Origin: Octopus vulgaris
Lineage: Eukaryota
Length of the DNA stretch: 64,000 bases
Reading direction: 5' to 3'
NCBI GenBank assembly: GCA_951406725.2
Contig: OX597815.1
Span: 160,580,001-160,644,000 of the forward strand
This document shows positions 27,231 through 39,177 of this stretch, piece by piece. The first letter of the stretch is position 1, and each line of letters starts with the position of its first letter. The notes beneath the pieces are model-generated. The model searched no databases. It saw only the letters and a program-made list of their open reading frames with translations, and was not told the origin of the DNA. The translations under genes and the position numbers were made by a program.

Positions 27231-28086
27231 TTTTATTCACTTAATTTTACATGTTTACACTTTTATCGCCTTCAAAGTATTCTCCATTTTAAGTAATGCA
27301 TCAGTCCAGATATGTTTTCTACTGTTTGAAGCAGGGCTTGAACTCTTGTGAAGTGATGCATTTTAATACCTCCATCGTTTGTTTTCTTCACCTCTTCCAA
27401 ATCTTCAAATTCTGGAGCACCAGCTTTTGTCACCAGTGATGACCTTCAAAAAAAGTCCAGATCAACTTCCAACTGTTATTTCATGTCATGACATGCATCA
27501 GTCATGACTGCTTTTGATCTTCCATGAGCAAGTGAGGCACAAATTTCACTGCAACTCTTTTCATTTATAATTCTTCACTCAAAATTCATTAGCAGGAGCT
27601 CCAAGATACACACAAGTCATATCAACAATTTTGTCAATTGTTCAGTAACAGTCCTCCAAGATCAGTTTGTGAATTTTCATTCATTTTCATTCAACAGTTG
27701 TCCTGAATGAGGTTGGTCTACAAGCAAAAAGTGACCATTCCTAAAGCATGAAAACCATTTGTAAACTTGTGTTATGCTTATGGCAGCATCCTTGTAAGCT
27801 CTTAGAAGCATGACAATTGTTTTGGCCACCGTTTTCCCCAGCAGATAACAGAATTCCATAGAAGCATGCTGTTCTTCTGTTTTAGCCATTGCAAAAATCG
27901 ATGAACAGGGGGAAAGCACTGCTAAACAAAGATGCACTATGTGGCAGTATGACTTCACTCGACAACGTCAGTTGGCAGACTGTTGACTGAGGGTCACATC
28001 AAGTGGCTACTAGTGGCAGAAGCCTGAACTACAATGGGTTTGTCCCACAGAGAACGTTTCTGGTTATTTTAGAAAACCCCTTATAC
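27230..28086 (-). mobile_element. Mariner transposon remnant
   Basis: N-terminal HTH EQHASMEFCYLLGKT..QVYKWFSCFRNG..DQPHSGQ; C-terminal GEYFEGDK; TIR-like end near 28060-28086. Confidence 0.85.
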
Positions 28087-28189
28087 AATTGGTAACAAAG
28101 ATTGACAGATTTAAAATTAATGATAGGAAACAAAATGTGAATGAAAGAGGAGAGGAGAGAGAGAAAGACTGAAGCTAAATTTGGAATAC

Positions 28190-28600
28190 TCTCTTTTACT
28201 CTTTTACTTGTTTCAGTCATTTGACTGCGGCCATGCTGGAGCACCGCCTTTAGTTGAGCAAATCAACCCCAGGACTTATTCTTTGTAAACGTAGTACTTA
28301 TTCTATAGGTCTCTTTTACCGAACTGCTAAGTTACAGGGACATAAACACACCAGCATCGGTTGTCAAGCAATGTTGGTGGAACAAACACAGTCACACAAA
28401 CACACACACATATATATATATATACATATACATATACATATATACGATGAGCTTCTTTCAGTTTCCATCTACCAAATCCACTAACAAGGCTTTGGTCAGC
28501 CCGAGGCTATAATAGAAGGCACTTGTTCAAGGTGCTATGCAGTGGGACTGAACCTGGAACCATGTGGTTTGTAACCAAGCTACTTACCACACAGCCACTC
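28190..28600 (-). mobile_element. SINE family A
   Basis: Same sequence family as the 5722 and 14208 copies. Confidence 0.9.
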
Positions 28601-28989
28601 AAGAATAGTTTATAATTCTTGAAAAAAGTCTCCAAAATTACATTTATGTATATAAATTGTGAAACAGTATTTATTTACAGTAGGAAAAGTAGAATAAAGG
28701 TTTAAATTTGCATAATCCTTGTATTTAGTGTTTATCTAACAAGTCTTAGGATTTTATAGAAACTTTGGAAATAGTAAAATATGTGATACATAATTTTAGA
28801 TTAAAAAAGAAAAAAAGGCTTTAGCTATTTTGAAGTTATGAAGATGTTTCTATTTCTTCAGGATTCTAATCTGAGGATATTTGCAAATTCTATGAGTCCC
28901 TAGTTTTCAAACTAAATTATTAAAAACTATGAAAATACCATTTATTACATTTATTCATTACTGCAGCACTGTTATTCATTACTACAGCT

Positions 28990-30270
28990 TCTGTTACCTA
29001 GGAGACCAAATTATCAGTGGAGGATGATGTTCAGAAACTAAAGTTGCTAGAATAAGAATAGTCTGGAGAAAGTTCAGAGAGCTGTTACCTCTGTTAGCAA
29101 CCAAAGGCTTTTTTCTCAGAGTGAAAAGCAGATTGTATGATGCTTGTGTACAAATGGTTATGCTTCACTGTAGTGAAACGTGAGCCCTAAAGGCAGAGGA
29201 CATGGGAACATTGGAGAGGAATGAAGATAGTATACTCCAATGGATGTGCAACATTGGTTTGCATGTAAGAGAAAGTGTAAATATGTTGAGAGAAAAGTTA
29301 GTCATAACTGGAATGAGATGTAGTATGCAAGAGAGAAGACTACGATGGTTTGGTCATGTGGTGTGTATGTATGAGGACAGCTGTGTAAAGAAGTGCTAGT
29401 TTCTTAAAGGGGATGGAACCTGTGAAAACGGAGATCCATGAAGACATGGGAGGGAGTAGTAAGGGTTGATCTCAAGTTGTTGAGCCTCACAAAGGAGATG
29501 AAACTGGATCAAGATGTCTAGTGATGTGAGGTTCTTAAGAAGGCTCAACCACCTCAACAACACTGAGTTCTGGAAGGGCTGTGTTTTATATGCTCTTCAC
29601 TACATGTTACAGTAATGAACCAAACTACAACTCATGCACTACACTCTCTCTCTCTCTCTCTCTCTCATTCATCCCTATCCCCGACTCTACTTTGTCCTCT
29701 CCCCCTCTCTCTCTCTCCTTCCTCTGTTCTCCCTCTGTCTAATGTCTCATTGCTATCCTGCAGCTCACTGTATTCTCTTCCCCCTCCCATGTACTTTCTA
29801 TTCTCCTTTGACACTTTCATGAACTCTCTGCTCACTCACCCTGTCCAATCTTCTGTATCACTCCACTTACATTCACCTCCTTGTACCTTGAGGGTATGCC
29901 TTGGCACATCTTCGCCACTATTTTACCCCCTCCCTCTCTCTGGAGTAGCCATATATCTCCCCTGTAGCAACACACCTGTTGTTTCTTTCCCTCTATCGTA
30001 GGCTAACCTTGCATTACTTGACACAAAGCCACCTCACTTAAAATTACACCTCCTTTAATTGAGAAGCTTTTGTCTTGCATATTATTTGCATATTACTTGG
30101 TAACCTCATTGGTGCAGGTGCCACATAAAAAGCAGTGGTTTGCATTAAGAAGGCCATCTAGACTTAGGAACCATGCCAAAACTGATAGAAGAGTTTGATG
30201 CAGTCCTCTGACTAGCCAGCTCCTGTCAAACCATCCAACCCAAGCCAGCATGAAAAATAGACATTCAATT
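28990..30270 (+). mobile_element. RTE LINE 3' portion
   Basis: YLGDQ..RIRIVWRKFRELLPLL..LERNE..RRLRWFGHV; 3'UTR ending at about 30270. Confidence 0.85.
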
Positions 30271-30385
30271 ATAATGATATTCTTATATATTCATATATAT
30301 ATATATATATATATGAGCGTTATACTAATACATCTGTTTGTTTTGTACACCACCTGTCTTCGTCTTTTGTTTTTTCGTAAACTCT

Positions 30386-30426
<41 letters not shown>

Positions 30427-30523
30427 ATCCAAACATGCAAACACAAAGAGAAAACACAACAACGTGAAGACGTGGAACAAATATAGTATTATTGGACGCT
30501 CAGGAAGGAAGGGAAGAAGGAGG

Positions 30524-30558
30524 ATTTAACGTTTCAAGTGGGGCTCTTCATCAGAAAC
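30524..30558 (-). ncRNA. Minimal hammerhead motif in a Penelope-like pLTR remnant (30422-30615)
   Basis: Minus: GUUU-CUGAUGA-a-GAGC ccc ACUU-GAAA-CG-UU/AAAU; paralog of 45699 with weakened stem II. Confidence 0.65.
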
Positions 30559-30697
30559 ATAGGAAAAGGAAAGATCCAGAGAAGGGAAGACGGAGGAAAA
30601 AAATCGCCAACGGTACACACACACATATATATATATATAAGCTGTAATAAGATAATGAGATGACAAATGAATAAATGATTATCTTATGAACTTCATT

Positions 30698-30778
30698 AGC
30701 TTACAGCTGTTTCTGCTACAAAATGTGGTGGACTCAAAGTTGAGTACCTGAATAACATCTTATAGCTTCATCAGAGCC
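30698..30778 (-). ncRNA. Type I hammerhead ribozyme
   Basis: Minus: GGCU-CUGAUGA-a-GCUAUAAGAUG...CAUUUUGUAGC-a-GAAA-CAGCUG-UA/AGCU; palindromic stem III ACAGCUGU. Confidence 0.85.
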
Positions 30779-31809
30779 TTGAATACGAAGTACAATTTAT
30801 TTGGGAAAAGAATTATACTTATGCATATTTACAGGAAATAAACATTATCAATGTGAAAGGAAACACCTATGTGAGGATGAAAACCAAGGGCTCCTTTCTG
30901 CATATAGGAAAGCTAGGTAATGCAGAAGTGAATTCTAGACCTAGCATGCTTTCACCACCCAATTTAGATTTCTGGCAGTAACAAGTTTACTTATCTTTTA
31001 TCCTTATTGTCTGTGAAAAGTATTGACATTTCTACGCTTCTTTGACATCTTTAAAACTTTATATCTTTTTAAACAACATACCCTTATACTTGATTTGCAG
31101 CAATTAAGATTCAAAAATGTCTTGACATCAGTCTTTCATACAATAAACAAAACACTAAGATGTTTATGCCAAAAACATTAATATTGAATAAATAATAAAT
31201 AATAGTGAACAAGAAATTCAGCAAGACACATCTGTTATTCAATTGTATTTTTTGCTTCATATATTTTTCAGTATTTCATCTCTGACACCACATTTACTCT
31301 TTATTTCATTCAAATGGATATTCAATGGAAAATATAACAGCAATCTAGAGCAGAATGAATGGTGTGTCTTGTACAATAGAAAGTTCTGTACATTTCCAAT
31401 TTTTCTTACTGTTATCATTATGTCTTTGAGCATAAAATTCCTGACAGCTGACAATAAACACAATAAATTTGACTTAAATAAACATTGACTTTAATAAATA
31501 AACAGTATGTTAAATTAATAAGTAGCAAAGTTTTGCTGACTTATAATAATATTGTTTTCAAATTTTGGCACAAGGCCAGTAATTTTGAGGAATGTGTTAA
31601 GTCATTACATTGACCCCAGTTTTTAACTGGTACTTATTTTATCAACACCGAAAGGATGAAAGGCAAACTTGACCTTGGTACAATTTGAACTCAGAATGTA
31701 AAGATATGAAATGCTACTAAGCATTTTGCCCAGCATACTAACAATTTTGCCAGCTCACTGCCTTATAATAATAATAATAATAATAATGATAATAATAATA
31801 ATAATAATG

Positions 31810-31841
<32 letters not shown>

Positions 31842-32009
31842 CCTTTCTATTGTAGGCACAAAGCCCGGAATTTGGGGGAGAGGGGTAAATCAATAACATC
31901 AACTCCAGTGTTTCACTGGTACTTAATTTATCGACCCTGAAAGAATGAAATGGGAAGTCAATCATGGCAGAATTTGAACTCAGAATGCAGCAATAATAGT
32001 AATATTAAT

Positions 32010-32745
32010 ATTGGCCATGAATTGAAGGGTCAACCTTAGAAATGAGAAAGTGTCTAGATTGTGTCGTATCTGTAATAGAGTGGATGAAGCCATTGTCCAT
32101 ATCACAAACGAATGCCTCAGACTTGCCCAAAACCACAACAAGTTGTGGTGCCATGATAAGGTAGTGAAAGTGTTACACTGGAAATTGTGTGAAAAGTAGG
32201 AGCTAGAGAGAGACAGGATGTGGTATGAGCACAAACCACAGAGATTGGCAGAGTCAGATACTTGCAAAATTCTGTGGGATTTCCCAATCCAAACAGATCA
32301 GGTTCTAGAACATAACAGATTTGTGGTCAACAAGATGCACCACATGTGCTATATAGTTGATGTTGCATGCCCCTTTGACCCATAAATAGTCAAGAAGAAA
32401 GGCCAAATGAATAGATAAAAACAACCCTCTTAAGTACAAAATAGCACGGCTATGGAAAATGAAGAAAGATGGTACCAATTATTGTTGGGTCTTTGGGGGT
32501 AGTATCAGAAGGCATCAAGAGGAATATAAAGGAAATCAGAATAGAGTGCCCAGTAGAACTATTACAAAAAGTTTGCCTCTTTGGCATGACCAGAATAATC
32601 AGGAAAAGATTAGATAATTGAATAGAACAGATACGGGAACTTGGACATTTTTCAGTAGGCGGCAGGCAGCAAGCCCAATGCACATGCATGGCTCCAGGAG
32701 TTCCAACAAAATCAGTGGTAAAATGAAATAATAATAATAACAATG
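32010..32745 (+). mobile_element. Dong/R4-type LINE 3' portion (CCHC knuckle plus restriction-like endonuclease)
   Basis: LCRICNRVDEAIVHITNEC..HDKV..LHWKLC..WYEHKP..KILWDFPIQTD..DVACPFD..VPIIVGSLG..LLQKVCLFG; (TAA)n tail. Confidence 0.9.
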
Positions 32746-34332
32746 AGAAGCCTCATCTGTTGTGCAAAATATTACTTTGTTTTCCATATAAAGATATGAT
32801 ATTTTAGTATTTAAGATGCTGAACCATTGTGTTTTATGGCATATAAGATGTCCCTAATTTTTCAAAAACAGAGAGCTCAAAAAAATCATTCTGAGTCTTA
32901 AATGCAAAGTTTGTCCTCCAATTTTTCCTGCATATGTACTGATGAAATCTGGCTACATCTAAAATACCCATGAATCTTTTATGCCATCAAATAGTGTCAG
33001 AAATAGTCTATTAAAGTTAGAAGAGGTAGAGTGAGCATGATATTGAACTACTGGACATTTATCTTCTGGATTCATAAATTCAGATCTAAAGTAGAATTTC
33101 ATCAGGTCTCTGGATAGAAAGCATTGTATAATACTTCAGTTACTCTAGCTTTTGGGAATATATCCCAGAATCTTTACCGAATTTAATTACTGTAGTGTTT
33201 TAGGGAGATTTTATTCCCATTTGCTTTATGCTCTAGAAAATCTGGTCTCTAAATCTTTTCTATGTTAACTTAAATTCTTTATATTCTCTATAAAAACCAA
33301 TATTTGAAATCAATGTTTCTAAGTAAACAGCAGCATTTAGAGGAATTTAGAATTCTTCATTGTTGGTGAAGGTGAAATCATACGAGAAAGAATAATAGAT
33401 AGTTCCTAAAGAAAATACAGGAACTTGGACATTTTTCAGTTTGAAAACAAATGATTTCAATAGAGGAAATATCTATAAAAAGCACTGGTATAGCTGTGTG
33501 GTGAAGAAGGTAGCTTTGCAACCATGTATTTTGGAGTGCAGTCACACTGCATGGCACCATGAGTAAGTGTCTTTAACTTAGCCCTTGGCCAGCTAACACT
33601 TCATGAGTGAATTTAGTGGACAGAAGCTCATCATATATATACATATATATATCTTGTTTCAGTCATTAGACTGCAGCAATGCTGGGGTATAGCCTTGAAG
33701 AACTTTCATTGAATGAATCAAACACAGTACTAAATTTCTTTAAGCCTAGTACTTATTCTATTGCTATTTTTTGCTGAACTGCTAAGTTACTGGGACCTAA
33801 ACACACCAACACCCGATGGCAAATAGTAGTGGAGGGTAATCACAGACACAAAGACATATATACACATAGATACACATACAGTTTCATAAATGTATATGAA
33901 AGGATTCTTTCAGTTTCCATCTATCAAATCCACTCACAGGGCTTTGGTCAAGCCATGACTATAGTAGAAGACACTTGCCCAAGGTGTCATGTTGTGGGAA
34001 TGAGCCCAAAACCATGTGGTTGGGAAGCAAACTTCATCTTTGTGTTTATGTTTGACAACAGATGTTGGTTTGTTTATGTTCCCCTAACTTCACAGTTTGT
34101 CTAAAGAGATTAATAGAATAAGTACTAGACTTTAAACAATAAGTACTGAGGTAGATTTTTCAACTAAATCTTTCAAGTTGGTGCCCCAGCATGATCATCC
34201 ATCATTTTAGTGATATTTTAAGGGTACATTCTACATCCTCTTTATATTTAGGACAATAAAGTGTGATTGAAGGAAATTTTGATTTTTGGTTTGCAGGTTG
34301 AAAAACCATGCAGAAGTTCCCTTGTTGACTCC

Positions 34333-34715
34333 TAATATATTGTAATGAGCAAAACGCCCCCCCCCGTTCAATGGATGGTGCTGAGTTGTCAAACATTTAA
34401 ACCAAATTTTCTCAAAACAACTTGTCCGACCGTCCCATTTTGTGGCATTATTTCAAGCCACCCAGCTTTTTTTGTACAAACTGCATGTGCATTTTTCTCG
34501 CAACAGCTGATATACTTGCACGTATAAATGCACATTCCCACGGCTTTATCAATTGCATTCTCCCCTGGAATCGATTTTTGTAATTTTTTCAAGACTTATA
34601 CACGCCCTGATACCGTCGGTATCTACATATCAAATTTGAGCGCAATCAAATGGAGGATGCCCGAGATCCTAGAAGACACACACACAGACAGACAGAACAG
34701 ATTTTATATAATAGA
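34333..34715 (-). mobile_element. Non-autonomous Helitron-like element
   Basis: Minus 5' end A|TCTATTATATAAAATCTGTTCTGTCTGTCTGTGTG (TC start plus GTCT/GT microsatellite); CpG-rich body. Confidence 0.65.
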
Positions 34716-36063
34716 TAATATCCTGGGTACTTATTTACATCTACATTGACTGAGCCATCATGGGTTAAAAAAGTTGTTGATGAAAATAGTACATATTTGA
34801 TTATAGGATACAACTGACCTAGCAACCAGAATTATAATAAGCATAAATCTGTTTCAGTCAGTTACACAATATAATACTCAGCATTTATCTAGTATGTAAT
34901 TTTATATCTGAATTACTTCATTTCCATTTCTGATAGAATCTGTCAGTATTATTTGTAACAGCCAAGTTGTTGAGTGATGGATTTCATTCAGATTATGGAT
35001 TATTTAATACTGTATGTGACTCATTCTGAATTAAAATCCTCTGATTTGTGATTCTGCCTGTTATTTATCCGGAGTTAATTGAACAGATAAATGTTTAGCA
35101 TAAACCATTGTTAATAACAATATTATTGTTAGTATCATTATTAGTTTTTACAAGTATTTATGCTAATTATCAGTGTTTTGAATCATTATTTTTATTATTT
35201 TATTATCACTTTTATTTTAAAGGCTGTGAGTTAGCAGATTCATTAATTAGCCTGTCAGTTTCTTTTTGTAACCATTATTTTTAATTCTTTTATCATGGCA
35301 TTTCATTTTAACTCTTTAGTGTTCCGATTACTCTGTCAAACGTAATGCTTATTTATTGACATTGTTTTGAATTAAGCATGCTTTATCTTGTAGCCTTGAG
35401 ATTTCAATGACATGATTGTTTATGTTTAAAATGACATTTTAGGGTAGGTATGAGAGGCCAGATCTGGTCAGATTCAAGATAAAGCAAGTGGAATATTTTG
35501 AACTTAAAGCAAGTAGAATTTAAATCAGCCAGATATGGCCGGTTTAAATGCTAAAGGATTAAAGATGGTGCACTAGCAGAATTATTTGCATGTCAGATAA
35601 AATCTAAATGATATTTCCTCCAGGTTTTTGCATTCTGAGTTCAAATTCTGAGTCCAAAGTTGGCTTCATCATTCATCCTTTCATTGTTGATAAAAATAAG
35701 CACTAGTGAATTACTGGGGACAATAAAAATAACTAATGATCACCTAGTTCCTTCCTTTCAAAAATTTATGTCTTTGTGCCCAGAGTAGAAAGAATTATTA
35801 CTTTTAATTCGTTATTACAACTCTCATCAGTACTTACGTTTGATAATTTTGCTGGGTGGGGATGCTTATCTCCCCTGTTTGAAAACTTAAGGACACAGAA
35901 CTCTTGTGTCACATAGCCAACTGGAAACGATGTTCCCTGGGGCTAAATAGCAGTAGCATTCTGCTTTTTCCTGGGACTGCCTCATTAAGTTGGTAACAAA
36001 CCATCACTTTATTATGTTGCTACTGTATCAGTATTTCTGAGAGATTTAGAAATGCAATGTTTC

Positions 36064-36107
<44 letters not shown>

Positions 36108-36391
36108 CAACAATTGAGGGTAAAATTAATTAATTATTAATCAATTTCACCAAGTGTTCAGTATGCAAAGGGACCATTTAAGGCGAATTCAAATTATTAC
36201 ATTATATAAAAGGGCTTAGTAAAATAAATTACTTTGCCGCATACTGAACTCATTAGAAATAGCAGCTAAAAAACTTTTTTAAAGCTATTTCTAATACTTA
36301 AAGAAAATCTCTCTCATATATAGTGTTTGCTTAATTCAACTCACAAAAGTTTGGGGGTAAGGACATCAAAAAATCAAATGCTAAGGTTATT

Positions 36392-36443
36392 TGAGAACGT
36401 ACGTTTCAAGATTAGTCAAAACAACACTTCTATCATCAGCTCA
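36392..36443 (-). ncRNA. Type I hammerhead ribozyme, array unit 1
   Basis: Minus: UGAG-CUGAUGA-uAGAAGU...ACUaaUCUu-GAAA-CGUACG-UU/CUCA. Confidence 0.85.
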
Positions 36444-36935
36444 GAAACTCCTTGGTTTGGATTTGGAAACACTGAAAGTAAGAACATACCCTTTCGAAGA
36501 TCTGCTCGTAACTAACAGTGCCAACAAACTCAAATAAGCAAGCGAAGAATTTCTGTTCTCCCCTTTCCACCAGCGTGGGTTAAAATCATCAAACACTATG
36601 CTTATTTCGGTAAAATCCGAAGCATTAATTAGAGGGAGATTAATTATAATTTCAACAATTGAGGGTAAAATTAATTAATTATTAATCAATTTCACCAAGT
36701 GTTCAGTATGCAAAGGGACCATTTAAGGCGAATTCAAATTATTACATTATATAAAAGGGCTTAGTAAAATAAATTACTTTGCCGCATACTGAACTCATTA
36801 GAAATAGCAGCTAAAAACTTTTTTAAAGCTATTTCTAATACTTAAAGAAAATCTCTCTCATATATAGTGTTTGCTTAATTCAACTCACAAAAGTTTGGGG
36901 GTAAGGACATCAAAAAATCAAATGCTAAGGTTATT

Positions 36936-36987
36936 TGAGAACGTACGTTTCAAGATTAGTCAAAACAACACTTCTATCATCAGCTCA
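36936..36987 (-). ncRNA. Type I hammerhead ribozyme, array unit 2
   Basis: Identical to the unit 1 motif. Confidence 0.85.
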
Positions 36988-37480
36988 GAAACTCCTTGGT
37001 TTGGATTTGGAAACACTGAAAGTAAGAACATACCCTTTCGAAGATCTGCTCGTAACTAACAGTGCCAACAAACTCAAATAAGCAAGCGAAGAATTTCTGT
37101 TCTCCCCTTTCCACCAGCGTGGGTTAAAATCATCAAACACTATGCTTATTTCGGTAAAATCCGAAGCATTAAGTAGAGGGAGATTAATTATAATTTCAAC
37201 AATTGAGGGTAAAATTAATTAATTATTAATCAATTTCACCAAGTGTTCAGTATGCAAAGGGACCATTTAAGGCGAATTCAAATTATTACATTATATAAAA
37301 GGGCTTAGTAAAATAAATTACTTTGCCGCATACTGAACTCATTAGAAATAGCAGCTAAAAAACTTTTTTAAAGCTATTTCTAATACTTAAAGAAAATCTC
37401 TCTCATATATAGTGTTTGCTTAATTCAACTCACAAAAGTTTGGGGGTAAGGACATCAAAAAATCAAATGCTAAGGTTATT

Positions 37481-37532
37481 TGAGAACGTACGTTTCAAGA
37501 TTAGTCAAAACAACACTTCTATCATCAGCTCA
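37481..37532 (-). ncRNA. Type I hammerhead ribozyme, array unit 3
   Basis: Identical to the unit 1 motif. Confidence 0.85.
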
Positions 37533-38025
37533 GAAACTCCTTGGTTTGGATTTGGAAACACTGAAAGTAAGAACATACCCTTTCGAAGATCTGCTCGTAA
37601 CTAACAGTGCCAACAAACTCAAATAAGCAAGCGAAGAATTTCTGTTCTCCCCTTTCCACCAGCGTGGGTTAAAATCATCAAACACTATGCTTATTTCGGT
37701 AAAATCCGAAGCATTAATTAGAGGGAGATTAATTATAATTTCAACAATTGAGGGTAAAATTAATTAATTATTAATCAATTTCACCAAGTGTTCAGTATGC
37801 AAAGGGACCATTTAAGGCGAATTCAAATTATTACATTATATAAAAGGGCTTAGTAAAATAAATTACTTTGCCGCATACTGAACTCATTAGAAATAGCAGC
37901 TAAAAAACTTTTTTAAAGCTATTTCTAATACTTAAAGAAAATCTCTCTCATATATAGTGTTTGCTTAATTCAACTCACAAAAGTTTGGGGGTAAGGACAT
38001 CAAAAAATCAAATGCTAAGGTTATT

Positions 38026-38077
38026 TGAGAACGTACGTTTCAAGATTAGTCAAAACAACACTTCTATCATCAGCTCA
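38026..38077 (-). ncRNA. Type I hammerhead ribozyme, array unit 4
   Basis: Identical to the unit 1 motif. Confidence 0.85.
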
Positions 38078-38329
38078 GAAACTCCTTGGTTTGGATTTGG
38101 AAACACTGAAAGTAAGAACATACCCTTTCGAAGATCTGCTCAAATAACCTTAGCATTTGATTTTTTGATGTCCTTACCCCCAAACTTTTGTGAGTTGAAT
38201 TAAGCAAACACTATATATGAGAGAGATTTTCTTTAAGTATTAGAAATAGCTTTAAAAAAGTTTTTTAGCTGCTATTTCTAATGAGTTCAGTATGCGGCAA
38301 AGTAATTTATTTTACTAAGCCCTTTTATA

Positions 38330-38372
<43 letters not shown>

Positions 38373-38478
38373 AACACTATATATATATTTTAAAGAAACA
38401 CTCATTATCACTATGGGCTCCGTGTAGGAAGTCATCTATAAGTTTTTGTGCATCTTGATGCTGACATAAGTTCCTTAC

Positions 38479-38559
38479 TTTTCCTGATGAGAAGGCGACA
38501 TAATGCACCCCTTATTCCTTCGAAATTAGGAATATGCAGCCTTCGAAACATGTCGAAAA
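38479..38559 (+). ncRNA. Type I hammerhead ribozyme
   Basis: UUUUC-CUGAUGA-GAAGGC[42-nt insert with hairpin]GCCUUC-GAAA-CAUG-UC/GAAAA; AATAAA immediately after. Confidence 0.9.
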
Positions 38560-38610
38560 TAAAATAAAGGAATTTTTGTTAATTCGTCGTTCAACTCCAT
38601 TCTTTCATTC

Positions 38611-38665
<55 letters not shown>

Positions 38666-38819
38666 CATATTAGAGGGAAACCACTATGTGGACACCCATA
38701 TGCTAGTAATAGATCCGCTATGGTCTTACCACTAAGAAATGTTTTCAAGAAAAATTTAGCAAAACAACCAAAACGTAATCGAGCAATACAAAAGAAAAAG
38801 CAATAAAAATATGGATTAT

Positions 38820-38891
38820 TCGCATACATGTTTCACTATTAGCATATTACGTAATTTTACTTACATAAATGTCCGTAGATCATCGGTGCGA
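38820..38891 (-). ncRNA. Hammerhead motif (CCGAUGA variant), left arm of palindrome
   Basis: Reverse complement of the 39106-39177 motif. Confidence 0.7.
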
Positions 38892-39105
38892 TCGTCCAGA
38901 TGAATATAAGTTGCAGGACTGCATACTAGGACGTCCGCACAAAGTCATATCTGTAAATAGTTCTACTCATTACACTCGTGGTTACTATTTCAGACGAGGA
39001 CGTTTGAAATAGTAACCACGAGTGCAATGGGTAGAACTATTTACAGATCTGATTTTGTGCGGACGTCCGAGTATGCAGTCCTGCAACTTATATTCATCTG
39101 GACGG

Positions 39106-39177
39106 TCGCACCGATGATCTACGGACATTTATGTAAGTAAAATTACGTAATATGCTAATAGTGAAACATGTATGCGA
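39106..39177 (+). ncRNA. Hammerhead motif (CCGAUGA variant), right arm of palindrome
   Basis: UCGCA-CCGAUGA-uCUA..UUAUGUAA/UUACGUAA..UAGu-GAAA-CAUG-UA/UGCGA. Confidence 0.7.

Larger units (their letters stand above)
36101..38333 (-). mobile_element. Tandem array of 545-bp hammerhead-containing units (3.75 copies) plus inverted partial unit; retrozyme/Penelope pLTR-like
   Basis: Units start at 36101, 36646, 37190, 37735; only a 1-nt indel and 1 SNP seen; inverted 38139-38333; (TA)n on both flanks. Confidence 0.9.

Noticed and set aside
31345-35940. Possible minus-strand exons (about 35838-35936 GTSFPVGYVT.. and 31346-31441 EFYAQRHN..)
   Set aside because: Phases are compatible but acceptors are weak and the peptide is unrecognisable; not supportable without RNA data
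36101-38141. CRISPR-like or plain satellite interpretation of the array
   Set aside because: No unique spacers and eukaryotic context; HHR per unit and inverted end fit a retroelement better
36327-38203. Four repeated ORFs (three 62 aa, the last 80 aa) MLNSTHKSLG... in the array
   Set aside because: TTG start, no recognisable domain, antisense to the ribozyme; they recur only because the unit recurs
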